The notes: a model not told the origin generated them from the letters alone. DNA of 64,000 bases from an uncultured Gemmatimonadales bacterium (GCA_963851265.1 CAWKNZ010000009.1:96001-160000); one strand, 5' to 3'; shown: positions 1-10,296, numbered from the stretch's first letter. A program made the numbers and translations.

Positions 1-2
1 TG

Positions 3-260
3 GCGCTTGCGGTGGGCGTGACGTTCATCGGGGCGATCTTCACGCCGTGGGCGTACGTGATCGGGTTCGCGTTCGGGATCGTCGCCTTCGCGGGCTGGGC
101 GTGGCCGCGCGCCGCGGACCGCGACGACACGCGGGTCGTCCGCCCGGGCGGCACGGACCCGCGGGCGCGGCCCGCGAACGCGCGCCAGGGTCCTCCGCCT
201 AACGCGCACGTCGCGCCGCGCCCGGTGCTGGCGAGCGCCACCGCGCCGGAGGCCGCGTGA
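3..260 (+). CDS. Partial CDS (5' end outside window); hydrophobic C-terminus, probably cytochrome c oxidase subunit I tail
   Basis: Open frame from the window edge with two TM-like segments (ALAVGVTFIGAIFTPW..., FAFGIVAFAGWAWP); stop overlaps the GTG of a subunit III gene. Identity inferred from context only. Confidence 0.5.
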   Translation, partial: ALAVGVTFIGAIFTPWAYVIGFAFGIVAFAGWAWPRAADRDDTRVVRPGGTDPRARPANARQGPPPNAHVAPRPVLASATAPEAA

Positions 261-943
261 GCGCGCCCGTGGCCCCCGCGCCGTCCGGGATCATCGCGCC
301 GCACGCGCCGGGGCACCCGCTCGCGGCGCCGCCGCGGCGCGTCGCGCTCGACGTCGCCGAGCTGCCGGACGTGACGTTCGGCCCGCGCGACCTGATGTGG
401 TGGGGCACGATGGGCTTCGTCGCGATCGAGGGGTTCACCCTCGTGCTCTGCTCGGCGGTGTACCTGTACCTCTGGAAGAACTTCGACGCCTGGCCGCCGG
501 CCGGCACCGAACTGCCGACGCTCGGCATCCCGACGGCGCACGTGGCGCTCATGCTGCTCAGTCTTCCGGTCGTGAGCTGGATGGAGCGCGCAGCGCGCCG
601 GTTCGACCTCGCGCGCGTGCGGCAGGCGCTGACGGTCGCGACCGCGTTCGGCGCCGCGTTCGTCGCGCTGCGCGCGCTCGAGTTGCTCGTCGCGCTGCAC
701 GTGAAGTGGGATACGAACGCCTACGGGTCGGCGCAGTGGCTCGTCGTCGGCTCGCACGCCACGCTGCTGATCATCGAACTCGTCGAGATCGCCGGGTTCG
801 CGCTGTTCTTCTGGACCGGCGTGCCCGAGGAGAAGCACTTCGCCGACGCCGCGGACGCGGGGTTCTACTGGCGGTTCATGGTGCTCGCGTGGCTGCCCCT
901 CTACGTGCTGTGCTTCTGGGGCCCGCGGTGGACGGGGCAGTGA
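257..943 (+). CDS. Heme-copper (cytochrome c) oxidase subunit III family protein
   Basis: WWGTMGFVAIEG, WPP, NAYGS...W...G.H and YW.F...W motifs typical of COX3; about 5 TM helices. Confidence 0.85.
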   Translation: MSAPVAPAPSGIIAPHAPGHPLAAPPRRVALDVAELPDVTFGPRDLMWWGTMGFVAIEGFTLVLCSAVYLYLWKNFDAWPPAGTELPTLGIPTAHVALMLLSLPVVSWMERAARRFDLARVRQALTVATAFGAAFVALRALELLVALHVKWDTNAYGSAQWLVVGSHATLLIIELVEIAGFALFFWTGVPEEKHFADAADAGFYWRFMVLAWLPLYVLCFWGPRWTGQ

Positions 944-1332
944 CCGCGCCCGGGACGCGGGCGGCAGCCGAGGCGGCGCCCGCCGGGCAGGTGCCGGGCG
1001 TCGCGATGCAGTGGGTCGGGCTGCTCCTCGCGCCGGCCACGTTCTTCGCGCACCTGCAGCTCGGCTACGTGCTCGTCTACCGCGCGTGCCGCTATCACAC
1101 CGACCTCTGGGTCCACCTCGCCGGCGCGACGTCCGTCGCGCTCGCGGCGTTCGGCACCTGGACGGCGTGGCGGGTGTGGACGCGCACGGGGCGGACGATG
1201 TCGATCGAGGAGGCGGGGGCCGTCGCCCGGGCGCGCTTCCTCGGGATCACCGGAGTCGGGAGCGGCGCGCTGTTCGTGCTGCTGCTGTTCTCGCAGTGGA
1301 TGACCGCGTGCTTCCTCTCGCCGTGCCAGTGA
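940..1332 (+). CDS. Small membrane protein of the oxidase cluster (3 TM, ends in PCQ)
   Basis: GTGA overlap with the upstream stop; hydrophobic segments WVGLLLAPATFFAHLQLGY and FLGITGVGSGALFVLLLF. Confidence 0.7.
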   Translation: MTAPGTRAAAEAAPAGQVPGVAMQWVGLLLAPATFFAHLQLGYVLVYRACRYHTDLWVHLAGATSVALAAFGTWTAWRVWTRTGRTMSIEEAGAVARARFLGITGVGSGALFVLLLFSQWMTACFLSPCQ

Positions 1333-1718
1333 GCGGGCGGGCCGCCGCACTGGGACTCGCCGCCGCCGTGCTCCTCGCGGCGGCGTGCGCGGGTCGCGCC
1401 GACGAGGAGCGTCGCGCCGAGGCGATGGCCCTGACCGGCGGCGACCCCGAGCGCGGGCGCGTGCTGCTGCGCAGCTACGGCTGCGCGAGCTGCCACACGA
1501 TCCCCGGCGTGGACGGGGCGAACGGGCTCGTCGGCCCGCCGCTCGGCGGTATCGCGAGCCGGAGCTACGTCGGCGGGGTGCTGACCAACACGCCGCCCAA
1601 CATGATCCGCTGGATCGAGGATCCGAAGGGCGTGAACCCGCTCACCGCGATGCCCAACGTCGGCGTGACCGACCCCGACGCGCGGCGCATCGCGGCCTAC
1701 CTCTACACGCTCCGCTGA
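1329..1718 (+). CDS. Class I c-type cytochrome (probable lipoprotein)
   Basis: CASCH heme motif, GPPL, distal Met in TAMPN, signal/lipobox LAAAC; GTGA overlap with upstream stop. Confidence 0.9.
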   Translation: MSGRAAALGLAAAVLLAAACAGRADEERRAEAMALTGGDPERGRVLLRSYGCASCHTIPGVDGANGLVGPPLGGIASRSYVGGVLTNTPPNMIRWIEDPKGVNPLTAMPNVGVTDPDARRIAAYLYTLR

Positions 1719-2731
1719 TGCGCCCTCTCACCCGTGCCCTCGCCGCGTTCACGACCGCGATCGCCGTTCCGCTCGCGGCGTGCGGACGCGCACAGGCCGC
1801 GTCCGCCGGTGCGCGCGGCGTCGACAGCGCGACCGCCGCCGACGGCGTGGCCGCGGGCGTGGGGTCGGGCGGCGCGCGCTTCGTCGTCAACGTGCTCGGC
1901 TTCGAGGGCCCGGAATCGGCGCGCTACGACTCGGCCCAGGACGTCTTCTTTGTCTCGAACATGACCGGCTACGGGTCGAGGAAGGACGGCAACGGCTACG
2001 TCACCCGGATGAGCGCCGCGGACCCGAACGCGGCCACCGTGTTCGTGCAGGGCGGCCGGAACGGCGCGGTGCTGAACTCGCCGAAGGGGCTCGCGCTGCA
2101 CGGCGACACGCTCTGGGTGGCCGACATCGACGCGCTGCGCGGCTTCGACCGGCACACCGGGGCGCCACTCGCCACCGTCGACCTCGCGCCGTTAGGCGCG
2201 GTGCTGCTGAACGACGTGGCGGTGGGTCCGGACGGGACGGTCCGCGTCACCGACACTGGGATCGAGATGGGCGAGGTCGGCGTGGTCCACACGGGCCCGG
2301 ACCGCATCTTCGTCGTCGGCCCCAACCGCGCCGTGTCGGTGATGGCCGCGGGCCCGGCGCTCCGACAGCCGAACGGCATCACGTGGGATGCCGCCGGGCG
2401 GCGCTGGATCGTCGTCTCGTTCGACCCGTTCGTGGGCGAGATCGCCGCCTTCGCCGAGGGCGACAGCACGCGGCACGTCGTGCACCGCGCGCCGAAGGGG
2501 CGCCTGGACGGCGTCGAGGTCCTGCCGGGCGGCGCGATTCTGTACGCGAGTTGGGCGGATTCGAGCGTGCACCTCCTCGCCGGCGGGCGCGACCGGCAGG
2601 TCGTGCGCGCGGTACCCGAGCCCGCCGACATCGGCGTCGACACGCGCCGCCACCGCCTGGCGATCCCGCTCTCGACGTTAGGCCGCGTGCAGCTGTGGGA
2701 CATCGCCGCGCTCTACCCGGCGGCGCCGTGA
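1718..2731 (+). CDS. SMP-30/gluconolactonase-like beta-propeller lipoprotein
   Basis: TGATG coupling; lipobox LAAC; PES, PKG, LNDV, PNGI, LDG and PADIG blade motifs. Confidence 0.8.
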   Translation: MRPLTRALAAFTTAIAVPLAACGRAQAASAGARGVDSATAADGVAAGVGSGGARFVVNVLGFEGPESARYDSAQDVFFVSNMTGYGSRKDGNGYVTRMSAADPNAATVFVQGGRNGAVLNSPKGLALHGDTLWVADIDALRGFDRHTGAPLATVDLAPLGAVLLNDVAVGPDGTVRVTDTGIEMGEVGVVHTGPDRIFVVGPNRAVSVMAAGPALRQPNGITWDAAGRRWIVVSFDPFVGEIAAFAEGDSTRHVVHRAPKGRLDGVEVLPGGAILYASWADSSVHLLAGGRDRQVVRAVPEPADIGVDTRRHRLAIPLSTLGRVQLWDIAALYPAAP

Positions 2732-2741
2732 CGGCGGCACC

Positions 2742-3683
2742 GTGACCACGCCCGCGCGCACCGCGCGCCGCGCGGCGGCGGCGGGCGGCGCGATGATCGT
2801 CGCGCTGGTCCCGGCCGTTGCGCACGCGCACCCGGGGCTCCCCCCCGAACCGCACGACCTCGCCGGCGCCTGGACGTGGGAACCGGGCGTGGTGCTGCCG
2901 CTGCTCCTCACCGCCGCGGCCTACCTGGCGGGCGTGCGCCGCGTATGGGCGCGGGCCGGATCGGGGCGCGGCGTGCGCCGCTCGGACGTGGTACGCTTCG
3001 CCGCGGGGTGGGTCGTGCTCGCCCTCGCGCTGGTCTCGCCGCTGCACGCGTTGGGCGGCGCGCTTTTCAGCGCGCACATGGCGCAGCACGAGCTCCTGCT
3101 GGCCGTGGCGGCCCCACTGCTCGTGCTCGGCCGGCCCGGCGTCGCGACGGCGTGGGCGCTGCCGCGGCGGTGGCGAGCGCCCGTGGGACGCGCCGCTTAC
3201 GCCGTCGCGCGTCGCTGCCGCGCACTCGCCGCGCCGTACGGGGCCACGGCGGCGCACGCGGCGGCCATCTGGCTCTGGCACGCGCCGCCGGTCTACGGAC
3301 TGGCGCTCCGGTCGGAGGTGGCGCACGCCGCGCAGCACGCGAGCTTCCTCGGCACGGCCCTGCTCTTCTGGTGGGCGGTGCTCTCACCGCGCGGCCGGCG
3401 GCACCCGGGTGCGGGCGTGCTCGCGCTGTTCCTCACCACGCTGCACACCGGCGCGCTCGGCGCGCTGCTCGCGTTAGGCACCCGCGTGCTCGTCCCGCAC
3501 TACCTCACGACGACCGCGCCGTTCGGGCTCTCGCCGCTCGAGGACCAGCAGCTCGCGGGGCTGGTGATGTGGGTGCCCGGGAGCGCGGCGTACGTGGCGG
3601 CCGCGCTCTGGCTGCTCGGCACGCGGCTGCGCGACGGCGTGCCCCGCGCCGCGCCGACCCTTCCCTCCCACTCCCGCGCATGA
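2742..3683 (+). CDS. ctaG: Cytochrome c oxidase assembly factor, caa3-type CtaG family
   Basis: SPL...FSAHMAQH, W.WH.P and EDQQLAGLVMWVP motifs. Confidence 0.88.
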   Translation: MTTPARTARRAAAAGGAMIVALVPAVAHAHPGLPPEPHDLAGAWTWEPGVVLPLLLTAAAYLAGVRRVWARAGSGRGVRRSDVVRFAAGWVVLALALVSPLHALGGALFSAHMAQHELLLAVAAPLLVLGRPGVATAWALPRRWRAPVGRAAYAVARRCRALAAPYGATAAHAAAIWLWHAPPVYGLALRSEVAHAAQHASFLGTALLFWWAVLSPRGRRHPGAGVLALFLTTLHTGALGALLALGTRVLVPHYLTTTAPFGLSPLEDQQLAGLVMWVPGSAAYVAAALWLLGTRLRDGVPRAAPTLPSHSRA

Positions 3684-5638
3684 CGGCACCGCCCACGCCC
3701 CGCCGGTCCGTTCTCCCCGCGCACGTGACGCGCTGGTGCGTCGCGCTCGCCGCCGTCGCGGGGGGCGCGTGGAGTGGACGCGTGCCGGCACGCGCGCCGG
3801 CACGCGCTGCCGCGGGCATGGCGGATCGCGCGGCCTCCACGGGCGAGCTCGCGTACGTGAGCAACGAGGCCGGGCGGACGCTCTCCGTGATCGACGTCGC
3901 GACCGACCGCGTCGTCGCGACGATTCCGGTGGGCACGCGCCCGCGCGGCGTGCGCAGCGGGCCCGGCGGGGCGTTCGTGTACGTCGCGCTCTCGGGCTCG
4001 CCGCGCTGCCCGCCGACGATGGCGGACGCGGAGTGCGCGCGCATGCAGTCGGACCGCTCGCTCGACGGCATCGCCGAGGTGGACGCGGTGACGCGGCAGG
4101 TCACGCGCGTGCTGCCCGGCGGCACCGACCCGGAGCAGTTCGCGCTCAGCCCCGACGGCCGGCGGCTCTACGTGTCGAACGAGGACGCCGGAACCGCGTC
4201 CGTCGTGGACGTGCGGAGCGGACGCGTCACGACCACCGTCCCCGTCGGGCGCGAGCCCGAAGGCGTGCGCGTGACGCCGGACGGCCGCACCGCGTTGGTC
4301 ACCTCCGAGGCCGGCAACGCCGTCGTCGCGCTCGACGCGAGCAGCGGCCGCGTGCGCGCCCGGGCGACGGTCGACGCGCGCCCGCGCGACATCGTCGTTA
4401 CGCGCGACGGCGCGCGGTACTACGTGTCCGCGGAGGCCGGCGGGACGGTCAACATCGTCGACGCGCGGCGCGACACCGTGCTCGCGCGCATCGCGCTGCC
4501 CGCGGGTGCGAAGCCGATGGGGCTGGCACTCTCCCCCGATGCCACGACGCTCTACGTCGCGACCGGTCGGCACGGGACCGTCGAATTCGTCGACACGCGG
4601 ACGCGCGCGGTGACCGGTTCGGTTCGGGTGGGCGCACGCCCGTGGGGGATCGCGCTCGCCGCGGCGGGGCGCAAGCTCTACGTCGCCAACGGGTCGTCGA
4701 ACGACGTGTCCGTCATCGACGTGGCCGCGCGACGTGTGGTCGCGACGATTCCCGTCGGCGCGCTGCCGTGGGGCGTCGCGGTCGCGCCGGCTCCCTCTTC
4801 ACGATCGGCGCGGAACGGCGGAACGACCGGTGCGCGTACCGGCGTCCTGCGCGTCTGCGCCGACCCCAACAACCTGCCGTTCTCCGACGCGCGCGGCCGC
4901 GGGTTCGAGAACCGGATCGCCCGCGTGCTCGCCGCCGAGCTGCACGACACGGTGCAGTACACGTGGTGGGCGCAGCGGCGCGGCTTCGTGCGGAACACGC
5001 TCAAGGCGCGCCGCTGCGACGCCGTGATCGGCGCGCCCGTCGGCGACGAGCAGCTGCGCACGACGATGCCGTACTACCGGTCGACGTACGTGTTCGTCAC
5101 GCGACGCGGGACGCCGCCGGTGCGCTCGTTCGACGACCCGCGCCTGCGTCGCATGCGCGTCGGCGTCCACGTGATCGGCGCCGACAACAACAGTCTGCCG
5201 CCGGGCGTCGCGCTCACGCGCCGCGGGATCGTGCGCAACGTGCGCGGCTACAGCATCTACGGCGACTACCGGCAGGAGTCGCCACCCGCGCGGCTGGTCG
5301 AGGCGGTCGCGCGCGGCGACGTCGACGTTGCGGTCGTGTGGGGCCCGCTCGCCGGCTACTACGCGCGCCGCAGCCGCGTGCCGCTCGACGTCACGCCGGT
5401 GGCGCCGACGCCCGCCGACGGGCCGACCGCGCGCATGGACTTCGCCATCGCACTCGGCGTGCGCCGCGCCGACGATTCGCTCCACGTCGCGCTGGAACGG
5501 GCGCTGGTGCGACGGGCGGGCGCGGTGCGGCGCATCCTGCTCGAGTACCGCGTGCCGCTCGTCGGCGGCGACCTGGTCCAATCGGGCGAAGGGGCAGCCC
5601 GAGCCGCCGCGCCCGGTCCGCCGTCCCGGACCCGTTAG
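3680..5638 (+). CDS. Fusion: YVTN-type beta-propeller plus MxaJ/XoxJ-like substrate-binding domain
   Basis: ATGA overlap; N-terminal YVSNE / IPVG..P.G repeats; C-terminal LRVCADPNNLPFS...GFEN.IA...WWAQRRGF.R.TL, the MxaJ-family signature. Confidence 0.85.
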   Translation: MTAPPTPRRSVLPAHVTRWCVALAAVAGGAWSGRVPARAPARAAAGMADRAASTGELAYVSNEAGRTLSVIDVATDRVVATIPVGTRPRGVRSGPGGAFVYVALSGSPRCPPTMADAECARMQSDRSLDGIAEVDAVTRQVTRVLPGGTDPEQFALSPDGRRLYVSNEDAGTASVVDVRSGRVTTTVPVGREPEGVRVTPDGRTALVTSEAGNAVVALDASSGRVRARATVDARPRDIVVTRDGARYYVSAEAGGTVNIVDARRDTVLARIALPAGAKPMGLALSPDATTLYVATGRHGTVEFVDTRTRAVTGSVRVGARPWGIALAAAGRKLYVANGSSNDVSVIDVAARRVVATIPVGALPWGVAVAPAPSSRSARNGGTTGARTGVLRVCADPNNLPFSDARGRGFENRIARVLAAELHDTVQYTWWAQRRGFVRNTLKARRCDAVIGAPVGDEQLRTTMPYYRSTYVFVTRRGTPPVRSFDDPRLRRMRVGVHVIGADNNSLPPGVALTRRGIVRNVRGYSIYGDYRQESPPARLVEAVARGDVDVAVVWGPLAGYYARRSRVPLDVTPVAPTPADGPTARMDFAIALGVRRADDSLHVALERALVRRAGAVRRILLEYRVPLVGGDLVQSGEGAARAAAPGPPSRTR

Positions 5639-5692
5639 GCGCGCTGCCTGCGATCCGGCGCCGCGGGCGGGCGTACCCTGCCGTAGTGCAGC

Positions 5693-7393
5693 TCAGGATG
5701 TGGTGTTCCGCCGCGGATCGTCGTCGCCTGCCACGTCCACCACGCGCCGGAGCGTGACGGTGAACGTGGAGCCCGTGCCTTCGCGGCTCCGCACGCGCAG
5801 GTCACCGCCCATGCCGCGCGCCAGGTCGCGGCTGATGGCCAGGCCGAGGCCGATCCCCTCGCTCGTGCGTGTGAGCCCCGTGCTGACCTGAACGAACGGT
5901 TCGAACACCGCGTCCTGCTGGTCGCGCGGGATACCCACCCCGGTGTCGCGGACCCGCAGGTACGCCAGCGTCGGGTCTGCTCCAGTGGGTGCCTGCCCGG
6001 CAGGTGTCTCGCCGACGAGTACCTCGCCGGCCGAGGCTTCGGCGCGTCCGGTGAACTCCACGCGCACGACGCCCGGCGTACCGTCGGGCTGCCGGGCCGG
6101 CGTGAACTTGATCGCGTTCGCCAGGAGGTTGAGCAGCACCTGGCCGAGCTTCGCGCGGTCCGCCCACACCGGGCTCACGTCGCGCAGTGCGAAGCCCTCG
6201 TCCGGCGACGGCTCGGCGGCCGGCGCGGCGGGCGCGGCCGGCAGGCGCACCTCGAGCACGAGCCCCTTCGCGTGCGCCTGCGGCTCGACGAGGGGCAGCA
6301 CGTCGCGCACTACGTCGGACACCCGCGTCGGGCGCAGGTCGAAGGTGACGCGTCCTTCCTCGAGCCGTGTGAAGTTGAGCACGTCGGTCACGAGCGCGAG
6401 CAGGCGGGTCTGCGCGCGGCGGATGCGTTCGAGCGGCTCGCGCTGCGCTTCGGCGACCGGGCCGTACAGGCCGTCGGCGAGCAGGGCCACGTAGCCCTGG
6501 ATCGCGTTCAACGGCGTACGCAGCTCGTGCGACATGCTCGCCAGGAAGTCGGCCCGGGCGCTGTTGGCCCGCTCCGCCGCCTCGCGGTGCCGCTCGGCGT
6601 CGCCGCGCTGGCGCTCGGCTTCGTCGGTGCGCTCTTCGAGCGCGGTCGCCTGTGCCTGCAGCTCCTGCGTCAGCACCTCCAGCTCCGTCGCCTGATCCTG
6701 CAGCCGCATCGCCGCGTCCTCCGCCTCGGTGCGCGCGGCGCGTTCGGCCGCCGCATGACGCTCGTTCGCGCGGGCCGCGGCCGCGAGCAGCAGGCCGACG
6801 ACCACCACGCACGACGCGGCCGCGAGCGTTTCGCCGAAGACGACCCACCCCGTCGTCGCGCGCAGCCGGGTCTCCTCCGCCTCGCGCGCGGCGAGCAGTC
6901 GCTGCTCCTCCGAGCCGACGGCGGCGGCCGCGGCCCGGAGCGCGTCCATGCGCGCCTTGCCCGTCGCCAGGAGCGCCGTCGCCTCGGTCCGCTCGCGTGG
7001 GCGGGCGCGCGTGAGGGCGACGGCGGAGTCGAGTTGGGCGACGACGGCACCGGCGCGCGCTTCGAGCGTGTCGAGCCGCAGCTGCTGGGACGGATTGTCC
7101 GCGGTCAGGCGCCGGAGCCGGGCGAGTTCGCGCGCGACATCGCGGTCGGCACGCACGTACGGTTCGAGGAAGCGCGCAACGCCCGTCGCCACGTAGCCCC
7201 GCACGCCGGTCTCGGCGTCCACGGCGCGTCCCCGGGTGGCTTCGAGCGTGGCGAGCACCTCGTACGTGTGCGCCACCCACACCGCCGCGTCGCGGCCGCG
7301 GAGGGTGGTCAGATACGTGAGGAGGCCGAGGAGGAGCACGGTGCCCGCCCCGGCGACGACGGCGACGGCGCGACGCGCAGGCGTGAGGCTCAC
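5693..7393 (-). CDS. Membrane sensor histidine kinase with CHASE3 domain
   Basis: WVAHT.EV...DAETGVRGY...FLEPY...DNPSQ (CHASE3); SHELRTPL H-box; N, G1 and G2 boxes. Confidence 0.92.
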   Translation of the reverse strand: MSLTPARRAVAVVAGAGTVLLLGLLTYLTTLRGRDAAVWVAHTYEVLATLEATRGRAVDAETGVRGYVATGVARFLEPYVRADRDVARELARLRRLTADNPSQQLRLDTLEARAGAVVAQLDSAVALTRARPRERTEATALLATGKARMDALRAAAAAVGSEEQRLLAAREAEETRLRATTGWVVFGETLAAASCVVVVGLLLAAAARANERHAAAERAARTEAEDAAMRLQDQATELEVLTQELQAQATALEERTDEAERQRGDAERHREAAERANSARADFLASMSHELRTPLNAIQGYVALLADGLYGPVAEAQREPLERIRRAQTRLLALVTDVLNFTRLEEGRVTFDLRPTRVSDVVRDVLPLVEPQAHAKGLVLEVRLPAAPAAPAAEPSPDEGFALRDVSPVWADRAKLGQVLLNLLANAIKFTPARQPDGTPGVVRVEFTGRAEASAGEVLVGETPAGQAPTGADPTLAYLRVRDTGVGIPRDQQDAVFEPFVQVSTGLTRTSEGIGLGLAISRDLARGMGGDLRVRSREGTGSTFTVTLRRVVDVAGDDDPRRNTTS

Positions 7394-7605
7394 GGTGTCA
7401 TGCGCGGGTTACACCCGCCGCGGGCGCTGAGCAGACGAAAAATGCATGCGGCGCGCGTCGGCAGGTCCCGTACCGGGCGCGATCGGCCGCACAGCGCTTG
7501 GCCCGGTCGAACAGGGTCGCGCGTCAGCGCGACCGATCCGCCGCGCTCGCCGCAGGCGCGGAGCAGGCTTGCGCGATCGGAATCGCTCGCCTTCGCCGAC
7601 GACGG

Positions 7606-10296
7606 TCAGGTCGCGGCGGGGAGCGTGAGCGTGAAGGTGCTCCCCACGCCCGGCTCGCTCTCGGCCGTGAGGTCGCCGCCCATCCCGCGCGCCAGGTCGC
7701 GGCTGATCGCCAGTCCCAGCCCCACGCCCTGCTGGCTCGCGTGCGTGCGCTGCCGGTCGAGCTGGACGAACGGCTCGAAGACCCGGTCGAGCTGGTCCGC
7801 CGCGATGCCCCGCCCCGTGTCGGCCACGCGCACGCGCACGACTCCCGTGGTCTCGGTGTCGCACGCGAGCGTCACGCGGCCGCCGGCGTCGGTGAACTTG
7901 GCCGCGTTCGTGAGCAGGTTGAGCAGGATCTGACGCACCTTCTCGGCGTCCGCCCACGCGACGTGTGGCCGCTCCCGCGTGTCGGGGCCGCACGCGTCGT
8001 GGTCGTACGCGAGCCCCTTGGCCGCGAACTGCGGGCCCACCAGTGCCTCCAGGTCCGCGACCACGGGGCCGAGCCGCACGGCCTCGAAGTGGTACTCGAC
8101 CTGGCCCGCGTCCAGCCGTGCGAAGTTGAGGACGGACTCCACGAGCCCGGTCATGTGCTGGTTCGCCCGGCGCAGTCGCTCCAGGTCCTGCCGCTGCGCG
8201 TCGGTCACCGGCCCGCGCAGGCCGAGCGTGAGCAATTCGGCGTAGCCGCCGATCGCGTTCAGTGGCGTCCGGAGCTCATGGCTCATCGTCGAGAGGAACT
8301 CGCTCTTGGCCTGGTTCGCCGCGTGCGCCGCCGCTCGCTGCCGCTCGGCCTCGGCGCGCGCCATCTCCACCTCGCGGCGCGCGCGCACCTGGCCCGTCAC
8401 GTCGTAGGTGGCGCTCGCGACGGCGTAGATGTGGCCCTCGCGGTCCCGGAGCGCCTGGTAGCCGATGTTGAGGTAGTGCTCCACGAGGGCGCCATCGCCG
8501 CCGCGAAGAAGCACCCGGCGCTCCGCGGCGGCGAACGGCTCGCCGGTGACGTAGACCCGGTCCATCGTCTCGACATAGCCGGTGCCCTCCAGCTCGGGGA
8601 ACGCCTCCCGTACGGAGCGGCCGAGCAGCGTCCGGCCGCCGCCCGGCGTCTCGGCGTAGAGCGGGCTCACGATGCTGTACACGTGGTCGGGCCCGGTCAG
8701 CACGGCCACCGAGACCGGCGCCTGCTCGAACACGTCGCGCAACCGCGCCTCGGCAACCTCCGCGGCGCCGCGCGCGGCGTGCTCCGCCTCGAAGAGCCGG
8801 GCGCGCTCGAGCGCCTGCGCCGCCTGCCCGGCGAGTGTCTCGAGGAGGCCCAGTTCGTCCGCCAGCGCGCGCGGCGCCGGGAAACTCAGCCCGAGCGCGC
8901 CGAGCACGCGGCCGTCCGGCGCCGCGACGGGCAAGGCGCACATCGCCTCCGTCCCGTACGTCCGGCAGAGATCCGCGATCGTGGGCGCGTGCGCCGCGAT
9001 GGCGTCGAACGTCGGAAGGACCACGGCATGACCGAGCCGGGCTGCCTCTGCCAGCGGCACTGGCGCCTCGAGCGGGAAGGTCGCCCACGCGCGCCAGGTC
9101 TCCTCGCGGAGTCGCTCGGCCGCCGCGACGGCGAGGCGGTCCCCCGCGGGCGTGACGAGCGCCAGGACGCCGAGGTGGGCGCCGAGCGCCGTGCTGATCC
9201 GCTCGATGACGACGGCGGCGACCTGCTCGCGCGTCAGCGCCTGCGAGAGCGCCGCCGTCAACTCCTGCAGCAGTGCCGCGCGGGCCGCCGCGGCCTCCGC
9301 CTCCGCGCGCGCGGCGCGCTCGGCGGCGAGCAGGCGCTCGACCTCGCCGCGCGCACGCACCTGGGCGGTCACATCCACGCCGTGCACGAACACCCCCGAG
9401 CGCGTGCCGTCGACCTCGGTGAGCGCCTGGTACACGAAGTCGACGTACCGCACGTCCTCGTTGCCGGTGTCGTCAGGCCGGCGGTACGGCACCTCGCGTC
9501 CGACGAACGGCGCGCCGCTGGCCAGCACCTCGTCGAGCAGTGCCACGAAGCCCTGAGCCGCCGCCTCGGGGAGCGCCTCGGCCACCGAACGGCCGCGCAC
9601 GTCGCGGCCCCCGACGAGCGCGTCGTAGCCGGCGTTCGTCAATGCGATGACGTGGTTCGGCCCGCGGAGCACGGCCATGAACGCGGGCGCGAGCCGCACC
9701 ACCTCGGCGAGGCGGGCGCGCTCCGCCTCGAGCGCCTGCTCCGCACGCACGCGGGCCGTGGTCTCGGGCGAGATGTTCAGCACCGCGACAACATCTCCGT
9801 CCTCGTCGCGGAGCGCCGAGAGCGAGTAGCTGAACCACGCGTCCTCCGTCCGGCCGCCCTCCAGACGCGCCATCACGAACCGCGCGTCCTCGCCGTAGAC
9901 CGCCGGCCCGCCGGCCGACACCTGCGCGAACTGCGGCGCGAGCGCCTCCCAGATCTCGGCCCACACGACGGAGCCGGGCTGACCGAGCGCGCCCGGGTGC
10001 TTGGCGGCGAGGATGCGGCGGTAGGCGTCGTTGTAGACGAGGGCGTACGCGGGACCCGACCAGAGGCAGATCGGGTGCGGGGCGTCGAGCATCGCCCGGG
10101 TCGCGATGCGCAGCGCCGGCGACCAGGTGTCGGGCCAGCGGAGCGGGGTCGCGCCCCAGTCGAGCGTACGGGCGAGCTCGCGCACCTCGCCCGGCCCGGC
10201 GAACAGGGCAGCCGCAGCGGCGCGCCCGCTGACCACCTCGGCCGCACGGCCCGCCGCTCCTCCCAACCCGTCCCGCCCGCGTGCGCTCGTCGTCAT
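7606..10296 (-). CDS. Cytoplasmic PAS-PAS-GAF-PAS sensor histidine kinase
   Basis: DW..TPL...W N-terminus, several PAS-like repeats, a GAF-like segment, SHELRTPL, NAAKFT and GLGLAISR boxes. Confidence 0.92.
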   Translation of the reverse strand: MTTSARGRDGLGGAAGRAAEVVSGRAAAAALFAGPGEVRELARTLDWGATPLRWPDTWSPALRIATRAMLDAPHPICLWSGPAYALVYNDAYRRILAAKHPGALGQPGSVVWAEIWEALAPQFAQVSAGGPAVYGEDARFVMARLEGGRTEDAWFSYSLSALRDEDGDVVAVLNISPETTARVRAEQALEAERARLAEVVRLAPAFMAVLRGPNHVIALTNAGYDALVGGRDVRGRSVAEALPEAAAQGFVALLDEVLASGAPFVGREVPYRRPDDTGNEDVRYVDFVYQALTEVDGTRSGVFVHGVDVTAQVRARGEVERLLAAERAARAEAEAAAARAALLQELTAALSQALTREQVAAVVIERISTALGAHLGVLALVTPAGDRLAVAAAERLREETWRAWATFPLEAPVPLAEAARLGHAVVLPTFDAIAAHAPTIADLCRTYGTEAMCALPVAAPDGRVLGALGLSFPAPRALADELGLLETLAGQAAQALERARLFEAEHAARGAAEVAEARLRDVFEQAPVSVAVLTGPDHVYSIVSPLYAETPGGGRTLLGRSVREAFPELEGTGYVETMDRVYVTGEPFAAAERRVLLRGGDGALVEHYLNIGYQALRDREGHIYAVASATYDVTGQVRARREVEMARAEAERQRAAAHAANQAKSEFLSTMSHELRTPLNAIGGYAELLTLGLRGPVTDAQRQDLERLRRANQHMTGLVESVLNFARLDAGQVEYHFEAVRLGPVVADLEALVGPQFAAKGLAYDHDACGPDTRERPHVAWADAEKVRQILLNLLTNAAKFTDAGGRVTLACDTETTGVVRVRVADTGRGIAADQLDRVFEPFVQLDRQRTHASQQGVGLGLAISRDLARGMGGDLTAESEPGVGSTFTLTLPAAT

